Positions 1-7,598 of a DNA stretch of 24,000 nt are shown in pieces. A program made the position numbers and the translations under genes. The notes under the pieces are model-generated. The model saw only the letters and a program-made list of their open reading frames with translations. It was not told where the DNA came from and searched no databases. The DNA comes from Lichenihabitans sp. (GTDB lineage: Bacteria; Pseudomonadota; Alphaproteobacteria; Rhizobiales; Beijerinckiaceae): the NCBI GenBank assembly GCA_965277635.1, contig CBDIDE010000002.1:2451886-2475885 (forward strand), read 5' to 3'. Within the stretch, counting starts at the first letter, position 1, and every line of letters begins with the position of its first letter.

Positions 1-578
1 CGTTCTATCTGGTTGACGGTTGCCAGTGTGATCATAAAGAAAATTGCGATGAACACCATGAATATGGCGGGAGCATCACCCACCCCCAGAATGAAAATGG
101 AAACCGGCAGCCACGCCAGTGGAGATATCGGGGCCAGCAACGTTACAGTCGGCAGCACCAGATTGCCGAAAATCCTGAAGTAGCAAATTGCGGCACCGAG
201 CACGACGCTAACCGTGAACCCGAGTGTTAGGCCGACCAGAACCCGCAATGCCGTCGCCAGCATTACCGAGAGAACATCGAAGAGAGGACCTGCCGATTCC
301 GAGCCGACAGCCGTAGTCGACCCGAAGTTCTTAGCCTGCTCCGATAAATGGGCCAGAAAAATGTGAGGTGGCGGAAGTATCGTCTCCTTCACCACCGCCA
401 AGGCCCACAGCAGCTCCCATAGGGACACCAGGCACGCAATCGATGCGAGGCCCCAAACGATATCTGCAATCAGCCCTTCTCGAGAAAGGACGGAAGTTGT
501 GCCCCCAGTTCTTGCTAAGCTGGCCAGATTTTTCTTGCTTTCTGAGCTGAACAGAATGTTGGACACTTCCGACCTCAT
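1..578 (-). CDS. ABC transporter permease, nitrate/sulfonate/taurine (SsuC/TauC-like) family; 3' end runs off the left edge
   Basis: This ORF is absent from the ORF track because it has no stop in the window. My translation of the minus strand from ATG 578-576 reads MRSEVSNILF...LWELLWALAVVKETILPPPHIFLAHL...LRVLVGLTLGFTVSVVLGAAICYFRIFGNLVLPTVTLLAPISPLAWLPVSIFILGVGDAPAIFMVFIAIFF. It has multiple hydrophobic helices and the PISPLAWLP-type motif of binding-protein-dependent permeases. It starts 16 nt after the stop of the upstream binding-protein gene. Confidence 0.85.
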   Translation of the reverse strand, partial: MRSEVSNILFSSESKKNLASLARTGGTTSVLSREGLIADIVWGLASIACLVSLWELLWALAVVKETILPPPHIFLAHLSEQAKNFGSTTAVGSESAGPLFDVLSVMLATALRVLVGLTLGFTVSVVLGAAICYFRIFGNLVLPTVTLLAPISPLAWLPVSIFILGVGDAPAIFMVFIAIFFMITLATVNQIE

Positions 579-594
579 CTCAAGAAGAGCGACG

Positions 595-1680
595 TTATGA
601 TTTCATCTTCACAGATTTATATAAATCCTGATTTTCCGTAATGACCTCCTCGAGCATAGTCCAGTCGAATATGCTCTTGTCCGGCGCCTTTGTAATGTAG
701 CCCAATTCGATCATCGACGTTCCACCGTTGATCATGAAATCGGACTGGCCTCGCTGATCGACGACGTTCGGTTGTTTTCCCGACGCGTCTAGGACGACAT
801 CGAAACTCGCCTTGTAGTACTTGCCGACCGTATCTCGAACGGCCGCGGCTCTGTCATCTTCGGATTGTTTCTGGGCCACGAACAGAGCCTTGATGAGGGC
901 CTTCAGTTCCCGCCTGTTCTCCTTTATCAGTGGGGTCCGCGCGGCCAGAACGCAGTCGGTGTATCCGGGGTGATAAATGTCCGTGCCGTCCGAGATCACA
1001 TGGGCTCCGGGGCGTGCCGCGCCGACCGCTTGCGTCGCGTAGGGCTCGCTGTGACACATGAGGTCGACGCTGCCGGCTATGAAGGCTTGGGCGAGTTCAG
1101 GCGAGGTGCCAAAATAGCGAACGTCGACGTCGCTGAAAGACATGCTCGCCTTCTTTAGCCAGTCGTATGGCAGCATTTCAAGCGTATCGGCTTGGAAAGT
1201 TCCGAGTGACTTTCCTCTCGCGTCGGCCTGGGTCTTAATGTGCGCTTGGCCACACAGGATACAGCCCTGGGCTCCTCCACCCGAGATGATCGTCACGGGA
1301 ACGCCCTTGTCCCGAAGCGTCAAGAAGTTCGTATAGGGAATCAATGATACATCGACCAACCCTGCGCCGAAAACGGTCGTGATGTCGGCGTTGCTTGGGG
1401 TCTGAACAAACTCCAGCTGGACGCCGTCGGCGGCAGCGAGGTTTCGCTCCTTGACCAGAAATATACCAAGGTTGCACAGCCCCGTGCCGTGCGTGGCCTT
1501 CAGTGTCTTCATCCCTTGCGCTCGAGCACTCGAATCCGACCCCGCCCACAGGCACGCCGGCACCGCTGCAACCGTTCCCGCAGCCACGCTGCTGCAGAGG
1601 AACTGGCGCCGGTGCATCTCGCTCAAATCCTTTGCGACACCGCTGGAGCGAGTCCTGTGAAGACTACGATCACGTTTCAT
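595..1680 (-). CDS. ABC transporter periplasmic substrate-binding protein, SsuA/TauA/NMT1-like, with twin-arginine signal peptide
   Basis: ORF 595..1740. I place the start at ATG 1680 (MKRDRSL...) because GGAGGAG lies about 7 nt upstream (rc of 1688-1694). The Tat-type signal is HRRQFLCSSVAAGTVAAVPACLWAGSDSSARA. The body (LKATHGTGLCNLGIF...IISGGGAQG...SPELAQAFIAGSVDLMCHSEPY) looks like COG0715-type binding proteins, from memory of the family. Confidence 0.85.
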   Translation of the reverse strand: MKRDRSLHRTRSSGVAKDLSEMHRRQFLCSSVAAGTVAAVPACLWAGSDSSARAQGMKTLKATHGTGLCNLGIFLVKERNLAAADGVQLEFVQTPSNADITTVFGAGLVDVSLIPYTNFLTLRDKGVPVTIISGGGAQGCILCGQAHIKTQADARGKSLGTFQADTLEMLPYDWLKKASMSFSDVDVRYFGTSPELAQAFIAGSVDLMCHSEPYATQAVGAARPGAHVISDGTDIYHPGYTDCVLAARTPLIKENRRELKALIKALFVAQKQSEDDRAAAVRDTVGKYYKASFDVVLDASGKQPNVVDQRGQSDFMINGGTSMIELGYITKAPDKSIFDWTMLEEVITENQDLYKSVKMKS

Positions 1681-1752
1681 GTCTGCATCTCCTCCCGATT
1701 TGATTCTTCTTGACACCAGCGCTACGCCGGTTCGCCGCAAGAGTCAAATGCG

Positions 1753-1762
1753 TTGTGTACAA
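1753..1762. promoter_or_regulatory. Candidate GntR-type operator, inverted repeat TTGT-gt-ACAA
   Basis: The sequence TTGTGTACAA has 4-bp arms and fits the generic GntR operator form (GT-N-AC core). It lies in the divergent region between the binding-protein gene and the GntR gene. This is a short motif and could occur by chance. Confidence 0.25.
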
Positions 1763-2006
1763 TCCATTGGTGAATCGCACGCTATTTCACTTGCTACAGG
1801 GGCAGAATGATGTGAAGGTTTAGCTGACCCTCTGGGGATGTAGAGGGGCAGGCCTTAAGATATTGGATAGGGCACTCCACATGGGGAGGAAGATGCCGTG
1901 CGCTGGCGAGGGATGTAAGGTGGGCTCTGATTTGGACCGAAGAGCGGACCTTTCCGTGCGATCGAGTCTCCCGAACGGGAGAAAAGTCGGCTCACGCGAA
2001 AGCGAG

Positions 2007-2711
2007 ATGTATACCCGGGTGTATGAGGCGATCGTTCAGCATTTGCTGCCTCCTGGCACGAAGCTGAATGAGACGGTTCTCAGCGAGGTATTCGGCGTAA
2101 GTCGGACGACTGTGCGTCCGATCCTCGCGCGGCTGGCCCATGAGGGGATGGTGGACCTTGAGCCGAATCGCGGAGCTTTCGTGGCGCGGCCATCCGTCAA
2201 ACTCACGCGTGACCTGTTTGAGGTTCGGCGGATCTTAGAATGTGATGTCGTTGCGAAGTTGGCGCTGCTACTTGGAGAGAAGGCCATCGAGTCCCTTCGA
2301 CGTACAGTAACGGAAGAGGTTGCGGCTACCCGACTGAACGATGTCAAGGTGCAATTGCACCTCTCGGGCCTCTTCCATTTGCAATTGGCGGAGTTTTCGG
2401 GCAACCAAGTTTACAGTAACATCATCAGAGAGTTGATCTCGCGAACCTCACTGGCAATTGCGCTTTACCAGGCACCTGAAACGTCCGGATGCAGGTGTGA
2501 GGATCACTCCCATATTCTCGCATGTCTCGAGACTCGCGACGGCGCCGCTGCGTCGCTTACGATGAGCAAACATCTTTCAAGCCTTGAGGATGCGCTCAAC
2601 CTCGACGTCGAGGATACTTCAGCGGTCGATATCCGGGCCGTACTTTCGCATGCTTCGGCCGCCATCGATGGTGGTCGTCGTCTGCAGGCGACCCGGGTCC
2701 GTAGATCGTAA
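2007..2711 (+). CDS. GntR family transcriptional regulator with FCD-type C-terminal domain
   Basis: ORF 1863..2711. The N-terminal winged HTH is YTRVYEAIVQHLLPPGTKLNETVLSEVFGVSRTTVRPILARLAHEGMVDLEPNRGAFVA, followed by a helical effector domain (LFEVRRILECDVV...). The start is uncertain: ATG 2007 gives a typical 234 aa, and ATG 1893 (GGAGG 3 nt upstream) or 1881 are alternatives. Confidence 0.8.
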   Translation: MYTRVYEAIVQHLLPPGTKLNETVLSEVFGVSRTTVRPILARLAHEGMVDLEPNRGAFVARPSVKLTRDLFEVRRILECDVVAKLALLLGEKAIESLRRTVTEEVAATRLNDVKVQLHLSGLFHLQLAEFSGNQVYSNIIRELISRTSLAIALYQAPETSGCRCEDHSHILACLETRDGAAASLTMSKHLSSLEDALNLDVEDTSAVDIRAVLSHASAAIDGGRRLQATRVRRS

Positions 2712-2841
2712 TTTCCAGGGGAATTCTGGCCGGCCGTTCCTGCACCGCGTGACCGGCACTCGCCCCAGCGGCATGCTGCTCGACGGAGGACACCGATGCA
2801 AATAATTGTAGAGGCCGGACCCTTCATATTCAAAGGGACGA

Positions 2842-3216
2842 ATGGAGGAAAGCCTTGCGCCCGCCACGTGCGCGGCCTTCAGGAAACTGCTCCCGTTCAA
2901 AAGCCAACTCATTCACATTCGCTGGAGCGGCGAAGGCTGGATCCCGTTGGGCGAGCTCGGTCTCGGGCTGGGGTACGAAGACCATACAAGTCACCCCAGC
3001 GCGGGAGACATAATCCTCTATCCAGGTGGCCTCAGCGAAACGGAGATCTTTCTCGCCGATGGCGGCGTATCGTTTTCCAGCAAGGCTGGTCAGCTCGCGG
3101 GCAACCATTTTTTGACCATAACCGACGGCCGCGAGAATCTTGCCGCTCTCGGTAAGCAACCGCTCTGGGAGGGCGCTCAGCCGATCATCTTTGAGGCCGC
3201 GGGAGGCGCAGGGTAG
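2842..3216 (+). CDS. DUF3830 / cyclophilin-like fold family protein (unknown function); N-terminus apparently split by a frameshift (see finding)
   Basis: The 124-aa ORF reads MEESLAPATCAAFRKLLPFKSQLIHIRWSGEGWIPLG...ILYPGGLSETEIFLADGGVSFSSKAGQLAGNHFLTI...LWEGAQPIIFE. It matches my recollection of the DUF3830 consensus (APxTCxAF...HxRWSGE...YPGGxSExE...GNHF). The family name is from memory and has not been searched. Confidence 0.7.
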   Translation: MEESLAPATCAAFRKLLPFKSQLIHIRWSGEGWIPLGELGLGLGYEDHTSHPSAGDIILYPGGLSETEIFLADGGVSFSSKAGQLAGNHFLTITDGRENLAALGKQPLWEGAQPIIFEAAGGAG

Positions 3217-3258
3217 CCAATCCGACTGAAATCCGCCGATGAAAGATGGTGATGGCGC

Positions 3259-3292
3259 GCAGGGTGGCGGCGTTCCGGCGCGCCCACCCTGC
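3259..3292. terminator. GC-rich hairpin between convergent genes (possible bidirectional terminator or mRNA stabiliser)
   Basis: GCAGGGTGG (3259-3267) pairs perfectly with CCACCCTGC (3284-3292). An inner 3-bp stem joins 3270-3272 to 3279-3281. There is no U-tract on either side. The hairpin lies in the 97-bp gap between stop 3216 (+) and stop 3314 (-). Confidence 0.3.
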
Positions 3293-3313
3293 CTGCCTGC
3301 GGCCGGGACCCTT

Positions 3314-4075
3314 CTATGTTCGACCCGCCAAATCGGTCTTTGGTGCGTCCAGGCGGAACAACTGCCCCCACCCGGTCACCCGGGTGGGATCTGCTTGCGC
3401 AATCTTCAGGCACTTCCAGACCGAGGTGGCGACCGTATCGTAGATGGGCAAGTTGATCTCCCGTTCCATTCCATCGACAAGAGGGGCAGCGCGAAGATTC
3501 GTGCAGAACGTCGTGATCGCTTGCGGTTCCCCTTCCGATGCGCTCCCCCGAATCATATCTCGTATCCATTGCGATCCGAGTCCGGAGAACTCCGCATTGA
3601 TGTGGATACCCGCGTGACGTTCGCTCACACATTCAAATCCGGCCGCGGCAAAATTGTCCATGATACGGCTCTGGACATCGCCTGTGTAAGGTGTGACCAG
3701 TCCAAACCTCTTCACCCCGGCTCTCTCGAAAGCCTCGAGTAGACTCAAAACCGAGGTTGTAGCCGGCTTCCCGGTCTCGCTCGTAATTCGTTCGCAGAGG
3801 CGCCTGTCTGCCTCGAAACCAAGCCAACCGCCCGAGGTGCCGTTCCATGCGATTACATCCACGCCCGCGTCTGCAAGAAGGGATGCCGCTTCAAGTATTG
3901 GCCGATCATCGAACTGGCTGAGAGCCGCCTCGCTTAGGCCAATCTGGGTAACGCGAAACCTGCTGAAATGCGCAGAAACTCCATCCACCTCCGCGAGCAT
4001 AGCCGACGTCTCGGGCTCCAAAACGGTGTTGGAGGACGGGGTCAGCATACCGATAATCAAGCGACCGTTGGGCAT
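3314..4075 (-). CDS. Asp/Glu racemase superfamily enzyme (maleate isomerase / arylmalonate decarboxylase-like family)
   Basis: ORF 3314..4114. I prefer ATG 4075 (MPNGRLIIGMLTPSSNTVLEP...) because GGAG lies about 6 nt upstream, giving 253 aa. The N-terminal IGMLTPSSNTVLEPE, central FGLVTPYTGDV and C-terminal TTFCTNLRAAPLV segments are typical of the COG3473-type family. Confidence 0.8.
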   Translation of the reverse strand: MPNGRLIIGMLTPSSNTVLEPETSAMLAEVDGVSAHFSRFRVTQIGLSEAALSQFDDRPILEAASLLADAGVDVIAWNGTSGGWLGFEADRRLCERITSETGKPATTSVLSLLEAFERAGVKRFGLVTPYTGDVQSRIMDNFAAAGFECVSERHAGIHINAEFSGLGSQWIRDMIRGSASEGEPQAITTFCTNLRAAPLVDGMEREINLPIYDTVATSVWKCLKIAQADPTRVTGWGQLFRLDAPKTDLAGRT

Positions 4076-4260
4076 GCCTTCTCCGTCAGTGAGGTCAGCC
4101 GTGCACACGGGCAATAATAACCTATGGTTGGCGAATTGTCGTCCCGTTATCGTTCCGGATGGCTTCGCCGTATGCCAGCGACTAATATATCGCGGAACTG
4201 CCGCTCAGGAACGTTTGAAGAGTTGTATCGGTCAGTGCAATCTAAGGTTGAAAAAACAGC

Positions 4261-5664
4261 ATGCAACTCCACCATTTGAGCGCGACTGATCTGGCGAAGT
4301 CTATCCGAAGCAAAGCGTGTTCGGCCAGGGACGCTGTCACATCATGTCTAAAGTCGATAGAACGGCAGAATCCGAGCTTGAACGCGTTTCTGGCAGTAGC
4401 CGCCGAGGCCGCCCTGGTGGAAGCTGAGAAAGCCGATACCGCTCTGGCACGAGGAGACTCCATCGGACCTCTCCATGGCCTCCCATTGGGCATCAAGGAC
4501 ACCATCGAAACTGAAGGAATACGCACAACTTACGGTTCAACACTTTTTGCGGGGAACGTCCCGGCATCGGACGATCTGATCGTCGCCCGGTTGAGGAGAG
4601 CGGGTGCGATCGTCATCGGGAAAACAAGTACGCCGGAGTTCGGGTTTGGCGGCGTCACAAAGAATGACCTTATCGGCACGACGGTGAATCCCTATGACCG
4701 CTCGCGTACGTGTGCCGGGTCGAGTGGCGGGTCGGCTGTCGCGGTGGCCGCAGGAATGGTACCGCTTGCGCACGGCACCGACTTCGCTGGTTCGATCCGG
4801 CACCCGGCTAGTTTTTGCGGCGTTGTTGGTTTTCGTCCCTCGATGGGGCGGATTCCGGTATTTCCGAAAATGCCGCTTTCGCAGAACCTCGTAGCGCACG
4901 GCGTCTTTAGTCGCAGCGTCGAAGATGCAGCTCTCTTTTTGAGCGCCACGGCGGGTCGCGACGATCGAGATCCCTTATCCCTTGTCGCCGACGCATGGCA
5001 ACCGCCTCAGTTTTTGGACGAACACCTGTCTCTGCGGATCGGATTCAACCCGAATCTCGGATTTGCTTTGATCGATAAGGAGGTAGAGGAAGCGTTTTTT
5101 TCTGCTGTCGAGCGAATATCGCAAATCTATCCAGATACGCGAGGAGTAAAACTGGACCTCGGAGACATCGGTAGTCCGTTCCGGATATTGCGTGGCACAT
5201 TAGTTCACGACCAGTATTCAGCTCTTGTGGCTGCCCATCGCGATCATATCTCGAATACGCTTATTTGGAATACGGAGCTTGGGTCCGACATAACCGCCGC
5301 TGAATATTTCAAATCAGAACGTGAGAGAAGCATTATCTATCTAAAATTTTTGGAATCATTTGATGAATACGATATTCTGGCCACAATATCTGTTCCGGTT
5401 CTACCATTTTCCAACGACAGCAATACGGTGACAATGATAAACGGAATTCCGCTGATGGATCCTATCGACTGGTTTACGCTTTCGGCGGTTGTCACCCTCA
5501 CCGGCTTTCCAGCAATGTCGATTCCGTGCGGGTTCTCGAGGGACGGTCTTCCAGTGGGTATCCAACTGATCGCGAAGCCCTTCAATGAGAGTGCTCTGGT
5601 GGCTTGTGCGTTCCGGCTCCAGGAAGAGTTGGACTTTCGACACCAATGGCCTGTTGAGGCGTGA
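4261..5664 (+). CDS. Amidase-signature (AS) family amidase
   Basis: The 467-aa ORF carries GLPLGIKDTIETEG (catalytic Lys context) and AGSSGGSAVAVAAGMVPLAHGTDFAGSIRHPASFCGVVGFRPSMGRIP (the Gly/Ser-rich AS signature with cis-Ser and nucleophile Ser). Confidence 0.92.
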   Translation: MQLHHLSATDLAKSIRSKACSARDAVTSCLKSIERQNPSLNAFLAVAAEAALVEAEKADTALARGDSIGPLHGLPLGIKDTIETEGIRTTYGSTLFAGNVPASDDLIVARLRRAGAIVIGKTSTPEFGFGGVTKNDLIGTTVNPYDRSRTCAGSSGGSAVAVAAGMVPLAHGTDFAGSIRHPASFCGVVGFRPSMGRIPVFPKMPLSQNLVAHGVFSRSVEDAALFLSATAGRDDRDPLSLVADAWQPPQFLDEHLSLRIGFNPNLGFALIDKEVEEAFFSAVERISQIYPDTRGVKLDLGDIGSPFRILRGTLVHDQYSALVAAHRDHISNTLIWNTELGSDITAAEYFKSERERSIIYLKFLESFDEYDILATISVPVLPFSNDSNTVTMINGIPLMDPIDWFTLSAVVTLTGFPAMSIPCGFSRDGLPVGIQLIAKPFNESALVACAFRLQEELDFRHQWPVEA

Positions 5665-5666
5665 AT

Positions 5667-5682
5667 TCGCGGTAAACCGCGA
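5667..5682 (+). terminator. Small stem-loop 3 nt after the amidase stop
   Basis: TCGCGG-taaa-CCGCGA forms a 6-bp stem with a tetraloop. There is no U-tract, so it is a weak intrinsic terminator candidate. Confidence 0.2.
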
Positions 5683-6002
5683 GTGCCACCGGCGTTGATT
5701 GCCAGCGTTCACCTCGTCCGCGCTAGGTGCTCTGACGCGAACGGAGGATTCACACCTCCGCTGAGCCGTGCGAGTCGACAATCGGTAGCGGTGGGCGAAG
5801 TCAACCTGTTGAGCTCCGACCAGCAAGCCACAATCGGCTCAAATCCGCCAATATCCGGTTGACGATAGTCAGAGTCGGCCAAATGTCCCGTTCTGCTCCC
5901 ATTGCATCCGAGTCAATGATCATCAATCGCCCGCACAACTATCGTGCCGGCGATACCGGTTTGACAGGCGTAACGTGGTCATCGGTGGTTCCGCGATTGA
6001 AC

Positions 6003-7511
6003 CTATCCCGCGTTTACGGACAACCGGGCAGGAAAGGTTGAAGGGGAGATCGGGTGGCAGAGGCAGCGCGCATGGATGCGCTCCAAGGCGGGTAGCATTC
6101 GTTGGACGGTGTTCTCCGCCTGTGCGATTCGGGGTGCCAGATCACGATATTCGCTTGCGATTTCGGCCAAGATCGCGGCCTCGTCGATCTTGGTGAGCCG
6201 CCCGTCACGCATGATCGGCTCGCCGTCGACGATCACGGCGTCGATCGCCGCGCCCCGTTCCGCATAGACGAGTTGCTGGAGCGGGCCGTTCATCGGTACG
6301 AACGACGGCGCGTCCAGCCTAAACAGGACGAAATCCGCTTTGCGGCCGACCTCGACGGTACCCAACTGCTGATCGAACCCGAACGCGCGTGCGCCGCCGA
6401 TCGTCGCGGCGTTCCAAGCCTCGCGGGCCGTGACTCCGTCGCGAAAATCGCCACGCAAGCTCTGCAGGGTCGCCGCCAACCCAAGGGAGTTGAGGACATT
6501 GCAAGTGTCGCTCGAGGAGCAGCCGTCGGTGCCCAGGCTGACGTTCACGCCGGCGTCGAGCAGTGCGCGCATCGGCGCCACGCCCGACCCAAGCCTGAGA
6601 TTGCTCCATGGGTTGACCTGAACGGTGGCGCCGCTCTCGGCGATCAGCGCAATGTCCTCGGGCGTGAGCCATACTCCGTGGATGAGCGTGGTCTTCGGCT
6701 TCAAAAACCCGATGTCGGCGAGGTAGCGCACGAAGGTACTCCCGTTCGCGAGCTGGCTGGTGACAACCTGGAGCCGTGTTTCCTGCACGTGAATGATGGC
6801 AGGCAGGTCGTATCGATCCGCGATGGTGCGGAGACGTTTCAGGAAGTCTGCGGTGCATCGCTGGGGCGCGGAGGGCGACACGACAAATCCCACCCGGTGG
6901 CGGGACGGATGACGCGTGCTCGCCAGCTCGGCGGCCAGATCCAGGAGGTTCGACGCCGAGGCAATCTGGATTTCGCGCAATTCGGCCAGAAGATCGGGCT
7001 CGAACTCCTCGTCGACGAACGGCAACGCTTCGAAAAAGGGGCGGTCCATCATGCTAACCCCGACCAGGGCTCGAAGTCCGATGTCCTCGTACGCTTGATG
7101 CACCGCCGCGAGATGGCGGCGGTCCAGGGCGGCCCCGAGGTTCATATCGTCGACAACGGTGGTGGCGCCGGAGCGGACGCTCTCGATTGCCCCCACCAGG
7201 GTGCGAAGATAGATTTGTCTCGGCGTGAGCTGAACCGGGTGCGGAGGCCGAACGTAATTCATCCACAGTTCGAGCGGCAGATTCTCGAAGCGACCCTTCT
7301 GGAAGTTTTCGTGTGAATGGAGATGTCCGTTGATCAAACCGGCGGTCAGCAGGCGGCCGCGACCGTCGATGGCGCCCTCAGGCGGCTGGGCGGCAGCCGC
7401 CGTGATCGCCGCGATACGACCGCCCTCGATATCGATGTCGAGCGGCCGACTCAGGGCCCGGCCCTCATCACAGAAGGTATGGCATCCGTGGATTCTGGTT
7501 CTAGGTGTCAT
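6003..7511 (-). CDS. Metal-dependent amidohydrolase (aminohydrolase/chlorohydrolase/deaminase subgroup, COG0402-like)
   Basis: The 502-aa ORF has the HxH metal motif LINGHLHSHENF and the late Asp motif NVSLGTDGCSSSD. Its layout is the usual small beta-sandwich plus TIM barrel (DIDIEGGRIAAI...GRLLTAGLINGH). Confidence 0.88.
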   Translation of the reverse strand: MTPRTRIHGCHTFCDEGRALSRPLDIDIEGGRIAAITAAAAQPPEGAIDGRGRLLTAGLINGHLHSHENFQKGRFENLPLELWMNYVRPPHPVQLTPRQIYLRTLVGAIESVRSGATTVVDDMNLGAALDRRHLAAVHQAYEDIGLRALVGVSMMDRPFFEALPFVDEEFEPDLLAELREIQIASASNLLDLAAELASTRHPSRHRVGFVVSPSAPQRCTADFLKRLRTIADRYDLPAIIHVQETRLQVVTSQLANGSTFVRYLADIGFLKPKTTLIHGVWLTPEDIALIAESGATVQVNPWSNLRLGSGVAPMRALLDAGVNVSLGTDGCSSSDTCNVLNSLGLAATLQSLRGDFRDGVTAREAWNAATIGGARAFGFDQQLGTVEVGRKADFVLFRLDAPSFVPMNGPLQQLVYAERGAAIDAVIVDGEPIMRDGRLTKIDEAAILAEIASEYRDLAPRIAQAENTVQRMLPALERIHARCLCHPISPSTFPARLSVNAG

Positions 7512-7598
7512 GCGGTCTCGCCGTTCATGCTCCTTTGTATCTCAAGGCGCCGCGAACGTGACAGTCGCTTTCCGTGACATCGCCCGATGCGATGACCG

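Noticed and set aside
1681-1860. A possible TPP (THI-box) riboswitch upstream of the NMT1/THI5-like binding-protein gene
   Set aside because: I could not find the conserved CUGAGA / ACCUGAUCUGGAUAAUGCCAGCG-type elements on the minus strand.
5665-6002. A 338-bp spacer between the convergent amidase and amidohydrolase genes, examined for tRNA, sRNA, gene remnants or repeats
   Set aside because: I saw only short hairpins (TCGCGG/CCGCGA at 5667-5682 and CGGAGG/CCTCCG at 5742-5760). The translations in all frames showed nothing recognisable. There is no cloverleaf-like structure and no repeat, so there is not enough evidence to call a feature.
6102-7316. A 404-aa plus-strand ORF (and other ORFs nested in 6003-7511)
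   Set aside because: It is antisense to the amidohydrolase gene, which has clear HxH and Asp metal motifs. It has no recognisable domain.
7512-7531. A six-codon mini-ORF (ATG AAC GGC GAG ACC GCA TGA) whose stop overlaps the amidohydrolase ATG, preceded by AAGGAG
   Set aside because: The SD-like AAGGAG lies only about 1 nt from the mini-ORF ATG, which is too close. A six-codon ORF is easily a chance event. I kept it as a note only, not as a leader-peptide claim.
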